The notes below the pieces were generated by a model. The model saw only the letters and a list, made by a program, of their open reading frames with translations. It did no database searches and was not told where the DNA came from. Below, one piece after another: positions 1 through 11,599 of a DNA stretch of 64,000 bases; position 1 is the stretch's first letter, and each line of letters begins with the position of its first letter. Origin of the DNA: Felis catus (Eukaryota); contig NC_058371.1 of NCBI RefSeq assembly GCF_018350175.1, positions 75,144,001 to 75,208,000 of the forward strand, written 5' to 3'. The translations under genes were made by a program, and so were the position numbers.

Positions 1-569
1 TGGCTGATGAACAGACCGCACTCCCTGAGAGTTAGTCGTGGATATTTGTGCCCCCGGTGTGAGTCACCTGGTCCCAGCCTTGCGCCGCACCAGCATTGGA
101 CCATCCAGCTTCTGCTCAAACATTTCCTGAGGCAAAATCTTACCAGTTCTGTTCTCCTGAGGGTTGTTTACACCACGTGCATTATAACCACATTAAAGGA
201 GCTTGGGGAAGGGAGCTCAGAGCCTTTCCAGGCGGCCCCTTCTGTTCTTGATCAGCTGTCATTAAGAAAAGACTTCCTTGGGCTTTCTCCCGGCTCTGCC
301 CTACACATGGACTCAAGTCTGTTTTCTGGGACATCTGCCTGAGAGCCTGTGAAACATTTCAGGACGTACTCCTTCCTGTGCCTCCTCTCCCCATGCTTCT
401 TAGACCAAACACCTCACTCTTGCCCCAGAACATGGTGCCCCCCCCCCCCGACGCCAGAGTGGCTCCTGTGGGCCACTGATTAAGCTGAAAGAGTCCCATT
501 TGGAGTTTTCCAGCACCTGACTGGGTCCGGAAAGTCAGAAGTGTGAAGAACAGCTGAACTGACCAGAAT

Positions 570-775
570 TGTGCTAAGAGTTGTAAATACATGCTCTCTC
601 TTAATCCTCGCAACTGCCGTAAGAGGTAAATGCTATTGTTAACCCCATTTCGCAGCTTTGAGAAATGAGGCTTAGGGATGCTGAGGAGTTTGCTCCAAAT
701 GGCTCACCTTTTATTCTGGGGAAACTGGTTGTGACCCAGACAGGCTGGCTCCAGCCTCCAGCTACCATCTGCTCC
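570..775 (-). mobile_element. MIR SINE fragment
   Basis: ccccatttcgcag...gagaaatgaggcttagg matches the reverse complement of the MIR core; boundaries approximate. Confidence 0.7.
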
Positions 776-2675
776 TGGACCAGCTCCCCAAAGGTGTTTT
801 TTTTCTCACGACTGGGTTTTCTTTTTCTTCTGTAAGAGATAAAGGAACAACATATGAATCCTCCTAGGATCTGCCTGTCTCCATAATCTGCATTATAAGT
901 GGATGGGTATGTAGCAAGCAATGGTCTTTGTTTCTTTTGGCTTCCCTTATAGATCTGAGGCCTTGAATTCCCCCTGGGCCTCCCTTATCCAAAGGATTCC
1001 GACTTTGGCCTCTCTGTTCTATAGATTCTCTTGACATCCTCCTTGCCCCCAGTTGACTCGGTGCCTCTGTGACAAGGGCACCAACTCCTTCCTACTCGCA
1101 AGCTCCAACCCAAATTTCTTCTCCTCCCTCCACATTACATCATGAAACCTGCTCACACATGCTTCAACTCAGGCCCACCATGGGCTGAGCACTTTCAGCA
1201 GCCCGGGTGCTGGGGCCCTGACTTCCCAGAAAAGTGCAATTTCTGGAGGGCTTTCTAGGCTAGGGATCATGAGTGTCCCCCAGGACGAAGAACCAAGGTC
1301 CCTCTTAGGCTGGGAAATCACTTCTGATGACCATAACCTTATTGGAACTGCATTTTTTTTTTTTCAGGAGAAAAGTCCAGAAATCTCTGCAAAACTCATC
1401 CATGCACCAATGTGATTAAGGAGGGTGAATATTATTAGGAAAATGGTTAATAAAGTTGTTACTTTCTTTACATTTTCAAGAAAACAGCTCTGGAATTAGG
1501 GTTTCTATTTAAAACTTCAGGAGCCTGTGAAGTAACTAGGAGCCTGGGTGGATTCTGACTTTATTGAGAGTACCCCATGAATGACTGTATCTTTGTTTTG
1601 TGAATCCAAGAGAGAGCACTCGGGAAGAGGAGGACACTTATTCACATTCTTATTTCCCTGGACACAGGATAGATACTGGCTAGTGAGTTTGTTGGTGGGG
1701 AGGTTAGAAGTTCAAAAGTCACCCCTTTAAGTGCCATCCATATCCCATCAGGAGGGATCCAGGAGAAGCCTGCGAATTAAGGAGACCTTGTTCTAGCTCC
1801 TTTTCTCTCTTCAACTGCCCTCAGACCTTAACTTCCTCTTGTTGGTTCTCGGTCTCAGTAAAATAGACTGCCCTAGGCTGGCCTAGGTTTGCCTAGATCC
1901 TCAGTTTCCAAACTTTTAGAATTGTGGTCCCTTCTCTTCAAAAAAAAAAAAAAAAAAAACTCTTGTGATCCAAAATGCAAGACAGAAGAAAGACAGAATT
2001 CAGCTTTGGCTGAGTTCTCTGGGGATGCGTCCTTAGAGCCCTAGAACAGGTCAGTTTGGGAATCTTTCCCTACTTGATCTCTAGATGCCTGTCAGGTCCA
2101 GGGGAACCAAAGGAGACTCTGGTTCTTGGAGCTTGGACTTAGTCCATGGAAATTGGACTTCCCCCTGGATAGGCGAGAGAGCTGAAGTGTTGATAGAATT
2201 TTCCGGCACCATACTTGGTGGTCTCTCTCCTTGCTTCCTTCTCACCTTTTCTCCCACTGACTCGTGCTCCTTCCTTCCTTCTCTCTCTGGCATCTGGAGG
2301 CAGGGCTCAGCACCAGTTGTGGTTGTCATTGTGGAGCCTAAAGCTGCTGCAAAGCCTTAATCTGGAAAGTTCTCCTGGGCCTATTGAGAGGACTAAACAG
2401 CATTCTTCAATGACATCCCCAGACAGTGGCCCACGCTAAATGGAGAATGGCTGCCTTGGGGTCCATCATGAATGAGTCAGGAGGGGTTGCTAAAACAGAT
2501 CATTATTTCTTGAATTTATTGCCTCCTTTACCTGAGGTACAGTGTCAATGTCGCTGAGAGAAATTTCTTTTAATGTCCTGGATCATTAAAACCCAATAAT
2601 CTCTTTGAAATGGCTTAACTGCTTCCTGCAAGGAGATAAAGTAAATAAAACTGTCGTCTCTGTGTCTGCTGTCAC

Positions 2676-2827
2676 NNNNNNNNNNNNNNNNNNNNNNNNN
2701 NNNNNNNNNNNNNNNNNNNNNNNNNNNNNNNNNNNNNNNNNNNNNNNNNNNNNNNNNNNNNNNNNNNNNNNNNNNNNNNNNNNNNNNNNNNNNNNNNNNN
2801 NNNNNNNNNNNNNNNNNNNNNNNNNNN
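2676..2827. other. assembly gap (152 N)
   Basis: run of N. Confidence 1.
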
Positions 2828-3122
2828 AGAAGCAGTGTGATGCTTCCGAAAGGAAAAAACACTGTGAGGAGAAAGAGATCTGTTTTGTATTTTTTTTTTT
2901 TAATCATTTTCACAGAGTCTTTTTTTAGTGCTAGATAGTTGACAGATCCCGACTGACAGAGCGATCCTTGTGTGGGGAAGGATTCTAATGAATCCTGTGA
3001 GATTCCTTGTCACCCCAGCAGACTAAAAAGTGTATGCTATTTGTCATCCCACACACCTGGAATTTTATCTAAGCTCTGTGGCTTACTAGTTGTGGGGCCT
3101 CAGGCAAATCACTCACTCGCCA

Positions 3123-3720
3123 TATTTGCCAGGGTGCTTTTGGCTGCAAACAAGAAAAATCCCAACCCAGGATGACTGAATAATTACAGAAAATGTTTAA
3201 TATCCTATAAGAAGAAGTTCTGGTGTAAGGTAACTCCAGGGATGTTGAATTCAGCATCAGTGTAAATGAAGTGGCCAGATTCTTTTCAGTGTTTTCCTCT
3301 GACATCCGCAGTGGATTGGCCTGGGCTCCTAACCTGGCCTTGCGATTGTAAGATGGCTGCTTCAGTTCCAAGAATCCCACATAGATCCAACAATGTACAG
3401 CCGCAGAAAAGTGTCTGACTCTTTTATCAGAAAGAAAGCAGTTCCTGGAAGCTCTCTAGGAGACACAGCATCACATCCTATTGGCCAGAAGGGTGTCACA
3501 TGCCCACCTCTAAACCAATCACTGGCCAAAGGAATGGAATAATTATGATTTGCTTAGAGAAAACATAGTTACCTCCTCCTCCCTCCCAGGCCCGTGATGG
3601 GACCCCTGAAGTAGATGGCCGTGTAGAGAAGTCTGGATGCCCAAGCAAAACCAGGCTTCTGTTAGACAAGAGGATGATGGGTGAGTGGTTGTTGGGTTGG
3701 CAACCAATAATGTCTGCTAC
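3123..3720 (-). mobile_element. MaLR LTR, MLT1J-like
   Basis: cattggccagaagggtgtcacatgcccacctctaaaccaatcactggcc core and terminal ttggcaaccaataatgtctgctac resemble antisense MLT1J. Confidence 0.7.
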
Positions 3721-5227
3721 GATATCTTTGAGCCTATTTATTTATCTGTAAAACTGGATCATAAATACCTACCTTTATAATCCTGTTGTAAGGATTCAAA
3801 GAGGTGAATAATAGATGTTAGTTACAAGCCTTTCTGTTGTGGACAAAGTGTTAGCAGGAAAAGAAGCTGACAAGTTCTCCGGAAGAGGCTGGTTGGTGGG
3901 CACTGGTATGTTTCCAGCTCAGTCCCAAGAGGCCAGAGAATCAGGCCTCCGCTAATGATAGGGCTTTGTGCTGGAATTTTCCTACCAAACATGTGGTTAG
4001 CCTAGGTCAGTCCTCCAGGTGATCCTCCTAGTGGTCCTCCTGTGGTCTGACTTTTACGTTTTCTAATATGCTCATGACTCATATAACTGGAATATGGACA
4101 GGGGTGACCTTGTTTTCTATTGCAAAGTGTGTCTCCAGCTAACAAATGGTGCCATATGGGCTTATTTCTAATTCCAGTGTTGAGTCTGCCTTACATTCCA
4201 TAGGAAGAGGGATACAGGTGAAGCCTATGCCATCCTGGAGCCGCTCTGCCTCATCATTCCCCCAAGACCAAACAGACAGGAACACCGAGGAGGTAAAAGA
4301 AATTCTCTCCTGAATAAGCAGAAAGTTCTCAAATTAGTAAACAGTGTGGAGGCCAGAAGTTGGAACCCTCATCAACTTGATCAACACCCTTGCCCAACAT
4401 AAGGATGGGCCCTTCCAGACCTGACTCTTGGGAAAAGGGTGCCTACTGTGAATGTTTCTTCCCAAACAGCCTCTCTCTCTCTGATAACCCCTTGCCTGTG
4501 AAGTCCCCTTTCAAGTCCCTCGGTCCACCATCATCACCCTCTTCCCTAGGAGACCCCGTGACTTCTTGTGGAGCAAGAGGTTCCTGGACACACCAGGGGA
4601 GAGACTAGTTTTCATTAGGACAGGTGTGGGTGACAGAGGAGGTGTGCTGATGCTAATTCACTACTTCCTCTCTAATGCACCCGAGAGGTAAACACATCTC
4701 CCCTAGGCAAAGTTTTACTTGGTTGGAGACTACACAATCTTAACTTGTGTAAAGGACATAGCATTACCCCTATTAGGAAAGCTTTGCTCCTGGCCTTTCC
4801 ATAACATTACCCCCTGCCATTATTGTACTCAAAAGCATTTGGCTTTTTCTTGAATCTGCTATTGTATTACATTACAAGGGCCACACACTGACAATGAAAT
4901 GGCTCTCTCTGTGGTACCCAGGAGGGATGGCACCCGCTTGGATTATATTCTTTTGGATTCCCCTGATGAAAGAGTGGGGAGGATTTCACTGCATGTAGTT
5001 TTGCTTTTGGTCTGTGAATGAATTGCTCATTGCATGAAAGGTAGAAGTGGGGAGAACATGAGCTTGTTCACCACAACATAGAACACCAGAATGAAGGGGT
5101 AGAAAGTGAAGTTTCTACACTTAGGACAAATAGAAGGAAATGTCACATTATCCAGCAAAAAACCAATTTTTAAAATTTCTTGTTCCAAGAGATGAAAAAA
5201 ATAAAGTTATAAATAGCCCTTTAAAGA

Positions 5228-6000
5228 ATAGATTTGCATATAGTATGATTGTTTACCAGGAAAACCCAAAGAAATGAACTAAAAAGCAATTAAGATTAAT
5301 AAAATAATTCATCTAAAGGTCCATTAGAAGAAGAGGATACAAAAATCAGTAACATTCCTGTGTACTTGGAATATTCGGTCAGAAAAATATAAGGGACAAA
5401 CAAAAAAGTGTTGGTCTAGAGCAACCTTCCTTCTCCATGGAATTTAGTCAGGCTACCTCCTACCTATTGACCAGATGTAACTGTAGACATTATGCCCTCA
5501 GAGAGGGCTTCCCAGATCCCTTAGACTGATTAGATACCCCCTGTAGTGTGTTTTCAGAGCACTCCGTACTTACTTTGGTCATTGGAATTACCAATTTTTG
5601 CTCAAGTGTCTATCTTTCCTACTAACTGTATCCTGAAGGCGGGATAGAGAATGTCTTCCTCACTGCTAGACTTAGTGCCTTGCATAATATTGTTGAATGA
5701 ATTAAAGAATAAACAAAACAGAATATTACTGAGGAAAATCTCTCTTTAGAGAAATGTGTGTGCCCTGTATGAAGAAACATGATGTACTTTACAAAAGATC
5801 AAAGAAAACTTGAGAAGATGTGGACAAGTGCCTTGTTCTTAGATGAAACAGCTGGGTATTGAAGAGTTGTCCTTCTGCCCCAAATAATATATAGACTTAA
5901 TTGTAATGTCAACTAAAATCCTTACAGCATGATTGGGGGAAATATTATAAAATGATTCTGGAAGGAAAGGTCCATAAAGGAAAATTCTGGAAAAATAAAC
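5228..6000 (+). mobile_element. old L1 (L1M) ORF2 reverse-transcriptase fragment, interrupted by L2
   Basis: degraded translation FAYSMIVYQENPKK*TKKQLRLI resembles L1 FADDMIVYLENPKESTKKLLELI; L1-like sequence resumes near 5715. Confidence 0.7.
5415..5714 (+). mobile_element. L2 3' end
   Basis: ends tgccttgcataatattgttgaatgaatt, a typical L2 3' terminus. Confidence 0.65.
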
Positions 6001-7342
6001 TATGACTTTCCTGCAGAGAGCATCCTGTATCTTCCTCTATCTCTCCAAGTAGTCTATCACACACAGCATGGTTAAGCATCCCACCCCCCTTCCCTGACTG
6101 CTGGGTTCTGTCATAGGGCAGGCTCTTGAAGATAGCAGAAAGGCAAGCAGGAAGTCCCTGGGCCAATAAATCTCTGGGTTTGTTTTTTTTTTTATTCCAG
6201 AAAGCAGTGAGAGCTCAATGTGGGCAGAGACAAGGTAAGCTTGTGAATGCTTTTTCAGAGTTGGCACTGATGTGGCTATTGTGGTGGGACAGTCACAGTC
6301 TGGGACCTGGACAGGATGCAGCTGGAGCTCCCAAGGTTCTGTGCAAGCATTTGGGTATCTTTCTACATCCCTCCCCTCAAAAGGTCCCTCTCCAATGGCT
6401 AGTCTGGCAGTATCAGTCCCTCCATTGTCCTGCCTCTGCTAATTGTTTGCCTGATCATCGCCTCCTTATAGAACATGCTAGAGCAGCATTTCCTGGGGAA
6501 GGGTGATTGTGTGCCTTGGTTCTCTGGGATGTCCTCAGGAGGGTCTTGTTGACTTCTGCAGCTCTTCCAGTCTTCTTGCTCAGTAGTGTCTGTAAATCAA
6601 GAGTATCTTAGCCTTGATGAAGATGTCCCCAGCTCCCTTTGACACATCTGGTTCCATTATTGCAGGTCTCAATACAAGGAGTCGGCAAGAACAATGGGAA
6701 GCACTAGGTGGTTGAGCATTTAAATATCTCATTCTTGAACCAAACAATCGGTCAGTGTTTAACACCTTGCTCCCTCACCTCAAACGTCATTAAGTCAAAT
6801 TTGATCGAACTCCCTATAAAAATATATCCACCATATCACTTTACTTTGTCCCTGAAGTTGGAACATACATTGTAAGTTACAACACCTAACTCCATTCCCC
6901 CAAACATTTAAACCCGTTAGAAGAACTCTTACAATTATTATCAAGTCCCAGCAGACAATTCCAATGAATTTCCCATTGGACACAGGACCACAAATATTCC
7001 CATTGGATGTAGTTTTAGTGATTACCCAGGGGAGTAATTTCTCTCTTTCCCATTTTTGTTTCCAAATGATCCCAGCTCAAAGATGGATGATTACAACAGG
7101 TGACTGAGGTCGAGAGTTATTGCATAACCAGAAACCAGGTTGGGAAATCTAAGGTCCAAGAAATAGAAGAGGACAGTCCAGTGGGTTCTGAGGTAAAGGG
7201 GCCCAAGGAAGCCACTGAAGTGGAGAATTCAGGGGAAGATGCAGGGGGCAGTGGGTGAGATGCTCCAGGGATGTCATCAGGAGCTGGTTCTATTGTTGGC
7301 TGCTCCTGCAGATGCTGGTCACAGGGGAGTTTGGATGTGCCC

Positions 7343-7505
7343 GGGTAGGGATGTATTCTCTTGTCCTTATTCCTATGAAGAGGTGAGCTACTTGCAGGCA
7401 GAAATTGATTGAAACTTACAAAGTCAATCTCAAAGTCGCTAGTTTGGGACCATATATTCCATGAGACCCCAGTCACTGCTGCCTAAGTGAGAGCATACTC
7501 AGATT
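7343..7505. repeat. local duplicated segment, copy A
   Basis: manual alignment to 8309-8481: about 97 of 120 columns identical in the core (agctact..gcaggca..aattgattgaaact..caaagtc.atctcaaagt..ctagtttggg..catgaga..gtgagagca). Confidence 0.9.
7420..7482 (-). other. candidate 63-nt exon (AAVTGVSWNIWSQTSDFEIDF), function unknown
   Basis: ctctcacttag acceptor, gtaagt donor, one open frame in phase 0-0; protein not recognised. Confidence 0.3.
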
Positions 7506-7989
7506 CAGACCCTGTGCTTAATTCCACGGAGACTTGTTCTTCCTTCACCTTCCCTGAGGCGGGGGATGGGGGGTGTTGCACCAGTGTGTGCCTCAGCCAG
7601 CTGAATAGGAAGTCCATCCTCTAAAATTGTTCTTGCACACCCTTTCCCCAGAGCTTTCACTGACTTCTGCTATCCTTTGTGTTCAGCTTGACTAGCCCGC
7701 CTGGCAGATGACCCAGAATCCTGTTGTTCATGGAGAACCACCACTGTCTAGAAGTCCTCACACTGGGCTCTGTGCCAGCTACCTTGCACATTATGGGGGC
7801 CTGAACTATTCTCAGCGTAAGGGACCGCTGGGTTCTTCCTAAGGAAAGGGGATTTACTAATTGCCCTAGTAGGTTTCCTTCAGCCAATGCCCCATGATAT
7901 CCCCATGCTTGACCTCGGCTTGCTTCTTTCTCACCAGCTAAAGCTCTGGGGCCACTGCGTGGCTAGGACTGTGCATAAATCAATGACCA

Positions 7990-8230
7990 GGAGTGGTAAG
8001 AATGGGATTAGGAGATTTAGAATCCGGGTTTAAATCTCAGCTATGCCATCAGAGCCACAGAGTACTGTGGATGACTTTGAGCAAGGCATGTAGCCTTGCT
8101 GAGCTTGAGTTCTCCCATCTACAAAGATGGGACTACTAATACCTACTTCCTGGGGTTGCCGTGTGGAGAATAAATGAGACACTATGTGTGAATACACCTG
8201 GCATTTGGTCAGTAAATCTTTAAGCCCATT
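7990..8230 (+). mobile_element. MIR SINE
   Basis: gggtttaaatctcagctatgcc...ctcccatctacaaagatgggactactaatacctac follows MIR consensus order. Confidence 0.75.
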
Positions 8231-8308
8231 CACGAATCTTGTAGGACAGAGTACAATTTCTCATCCACCCCCCCCCCCCCCAGAAAATTTATCTTCATCT
8301 AACCCTGT

Positions 8309-8481
8309 GGGTAGAACCTGTGTTCTCTTTTCCTCATACCCTGTGAGTAAGCAAGCTACTAAAGCTACTAGCAGGCAAGAATTGATTGAAACTCCCAAAG
8401 TCGATCTCAAAGTGCCTAGTTTGGGGCTACGTATTTCATGAGAGCCCCACCACTGTTGCAGATGTGAGAGCACATTCAAAT
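8309..8481. repeat. local duplicated segment, copy B
   Basis: same-orientation paralogue of 7343-7505, ~80% identity, with an extra aagctact duplication. Confidence 0.9.
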
Positions 8482-8730
8482 ACCCATGTGGAACAAGCCA
8501 AAGGGACATAGCAGATTCTGCATTTACACAATGCAGAATCACACTGCCAGCAGGTGCATCCTTAAGCGAGAAAACGGCTGTGTAAATATGATCTATACAC
8601 ACCCCCACATGGATTAAAAATATAGGCCAATATCTACTTGCCAAGGAAAAGACTAAGCTCTTTTCTTAAAAAGGATATATTTAGGCCTGACAGTGAATCC
8701 CAGTATTTGCTGAGAGAAGGGGCCTGGGTC

Positions 8731-8738
8731 TGACGTCA
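8731..8738. promoter_or_regulatory. perfect CRE palindrome TGACGTCA
   Basis: exact motif with CpG retained in non-repeat DNA; activity unknown. Confidence 0.3.
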
Positions 8739-9373
8739 TAACTTCCCCACCTCTGAAGGGCTTGTCCTCCACAGTGCCTTCGGGCTTGTGCTCCATAGAG
8801 CTATCGTTTTGACAGGTGAGGGGAGGCAGACTCCACAAAGCCTTGTTAATTTTGGAGATGGACTAGCAGGATTGACACTTGCGGTGATTCCTCACAATAA
8901 GGCCATTGAAATAGTGTTCAGAAGGGGGTGAATGGAAATGGGTTCTGACATCTTCTGTACAAGGTGACGACGGATCACATTTAATAACCATTTTGTGCCT
9001 GTCTCTCTGGGCTTGTTTAGTGGCTTATTCTTCTCTTGATATCAGGGCATGGCTCCTATTAATCTTAGGGAGAGAAAGGGGGGAATTAAGGAGAACTCAG
9101 CCTCTGAAGAGGAGGTTTTCACCCCTTGACTTGAGCTTTTCCTTGGATCCAGCGATTGGCCAGCGAGTTTCCCAGAAATAAAAATGACTAAGTGAGTTTT
9201 GAGAATGAATTCAATTCCACATCCACCTGACTGTTAATCCCACTACGTGTAGCACAGAATATTTAGAGGCGAATTTCATAAAAGGAGGATAGGGAAGCAG
9301 AAGCAGCCTGAGAGCCCACACTAGGACTTTTTATGAGAAAGCAAATTTAACTGGATATTCTTGCAATCGGTGT

Positions 9374-9416
9374 TTTTTTTGTTTGTTTGTTTTGTTTGTT
9401 TTGTTTGTTTGTTCGT
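9374..9416. repeat. (TTTG)n imperfect microsatellite
   Basis: directly visible. Confidence 0.9.
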
Positions 9417-10589
9417 TTCTGGTCAAGTGTTAAGTTTTTCTACTTGATTTTGTGCCTCTCGGCATTGATGGTTGGGTCAGATTAAGGACCACCTTCAGAC
9501 TTGAGTTTATTCTCAGTTACTTGGCTTAATTTCTCATGAGTCATGGTTTGCCAAGAAGCTCAGAGATGCTGGGCCAAGCACACGGACTGTTGCGTGTGCC
9601 CTCATTTTTTCATCAGTTTACCTTTTTGGAAGCCATGTAGTAGCTTCAGCCCCACCAGTAGCACCTCTCACTTCAGGGCCCTCAGGGTAAAATACCACTC
9701 AGGCAGTGGATAAGTAAGGGCAGTCCTCCTTGCTTTCAAAGTCATCATTTTCCAAACCTGCCTTGTAGAACCCCAGGACCCAGACTCTAGAAGGAGACCT
9801 GCTCTCTATCTCTCCAGGAATTGAGGAAACGTTGTTGTAAGGAACATACCCTGAGATATATCCAGGGCTTGGGTTTGGTTGGAAATGGATGACCTGAAAT
9901 CATCCCGTTACTTTTCAGTACAGAGACTCTAAGCCCTGTGCATATGGGTGTGTGTCTTCATTTCCCTTTGCTGAAAGCATTCACAGACTGTCCTCCTTTC
10001 TTTTTTCCCTCTGGCCCCAAGCAGTAAAAGTGAGGAGCCCTTGCTTTTAAAAAGCCTTTAAAGCTCTGCCACTGTCTACTGGAAAGTGCTAATTCCTGAG
10101 TCTCCCGATGATTCTCACCTCTTTGTGGATCACTCAGAGCTTTGGTGCTTTGGGCTATAATCAGTCTTACTTTTCATCTTTCATCTATTTCCTGCCTGCG
10201 ACACATGGTGTTCCCTGCCAGTTTCCACTTCCTCTATCATCCATCTATCTCTATCTACCAGCCTATCTATATATATCTACCTGTCTGTGTATGTATATAT
10301 ATCTCCATCTCTATGCTCAGAGTTGACAAATGCTAGCGAGACCCATAAAGAAAGAGCCCCTTCAAGTTTAATGCACAGTAAATATGCATCAGTATATGCC
10401 TGAAATGACCCATGTAAGATCCTCTGCCACACCTCCTCAAGAGAGTATTATCTTTCCTAGTCCTCTGAGAAAAGATCAGGGATAGAAGACAATGTCATTT
10501 CTGGAGGGCTTTTCCAGAGATGGCGGGTCTCTGCTTTTGAAAGTCTAAACATTTCTTTCTTTCTTTCTTTTTATTGTTTTTGAAAGGCT

Positions 10590-10720
10590 AAACATTGCTT
10601 AAGTTTATTATTTATTGAGCACTTTTTAGGTGATGGGCACTGTGCTGGGCCAGAGGTTCAAAGATAAATAGGTCATAGCCTCTGACCTCCAGGACTGCAA
10701 GTCTAGTGGATGAAAAATTG
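10590..10720 (-). mobile_element. L2 fragment
   Basis: tttattgagcact...gggcactgtgctggg...aaagataaat is an antisense L2 3' end. Confidence 0.6.
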
Positions 10721-10899
10721 ATCTGAAGACATTGCAAATTACTGGATTTTACTTGCTGTTGCAAAGTGGTCTAGAGAAAAAACTTAGTGGAAAGCAGACA
10801 GCCTGGGTAATCTAACTGGGAGAACAGAAGAAAGCCAGCTGGAGAGAAAGGGAGAGAGAGAGAAAAAAAAAAATCTGGCAAAATGGTTGGAAAACAGTA

Positions 10900-11025
10900 A
10901 CTATAGCCAGACCATGCACTCAGGGAACCTGTCTCTTTTGTTCATTGTTGTCTTCCTAAGGTCTAGAACAATGCCTGAAACACATTCTGTGTTCACAGAA
11001 TTATTTGTTGGATGAAAGGATGGAT
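10900..11025 (+). mobile_element. L2 3' end
   Basis: ctagaacaatgcctgaaacac...ttatttgttggatgaaagg. Confidence 0.65.
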
Positions 11026-11599
11026 CTCGGTGGCTCATTTCCCTCTCCTTTTTGGCTTGGCCATTTGCTGGAAGGAATCCCCCACCTCCCCAAGATAGGA
11101 AAATGCCATTGGACAGGTATATCTTGGGAATTTGCACCATCTGTTTGGGGCCCCATGGAGAGGATGCACCAGATGGACCCCAGATCTATTTTGGTCTTTA
11201 CTTTGCATGTTTCTTGTTTTTCTGCATCCCATGCAGATGGATACTCTCAGGTTACTTATAGCAGGAGTTTGCATACAATAATCAAACAGTTGCTCTAATA
11301 CCAATGCAAGTTGAATTATTTTGGCTTTGCATTCTTCAAAGGGCTTGTAGCAAACACAGTGTTAAATAGGTGTGGTACCAAGACTGTTCCCATATAGTAT
11401 CGGCTGTCACCAGTTTTGACCCTCATGCCCAAGACAATTCTCTATGAAATATGGGTCACAATGATTTTATTTGCATGAATTTCTCACAGGTTTTAGTAAC
11501 AGACCATTAATAGATACAAACATCTAAATAAAATTCAGTGCTGGAAAATTTAATTTAATAGTATATTAAATAATTAATACACACAGTTAAGAATGTAAA

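Noticed and set aside
6602-6990. Plus-strand coding-looking frame (..WEALGG*AFKYLILEP..KFDRTPY..)
   Set aside because: Four stops in about 130 codons is close to random expectation and no homology was recognised
6948-7031. GNICGPVSNGKFIGIVCW as a trypsin/FAM111-type protease or TMC CGPF motif
   Set aside because: Resembles several unrelated families equally weakly, lacks the catalytic Ser, and does not fit their known exon structure; not diagnostic without a profile search
7343-8481. Duplicated segment as paralogous H/ACA snoRNAs or a miRNA cluster
   Set aside because: One hairpin and an ACA/AUA-like end are present, but there is no ANANNA H box at the right place, no long pre-miRNA stem, and no match to miRNAs I recall
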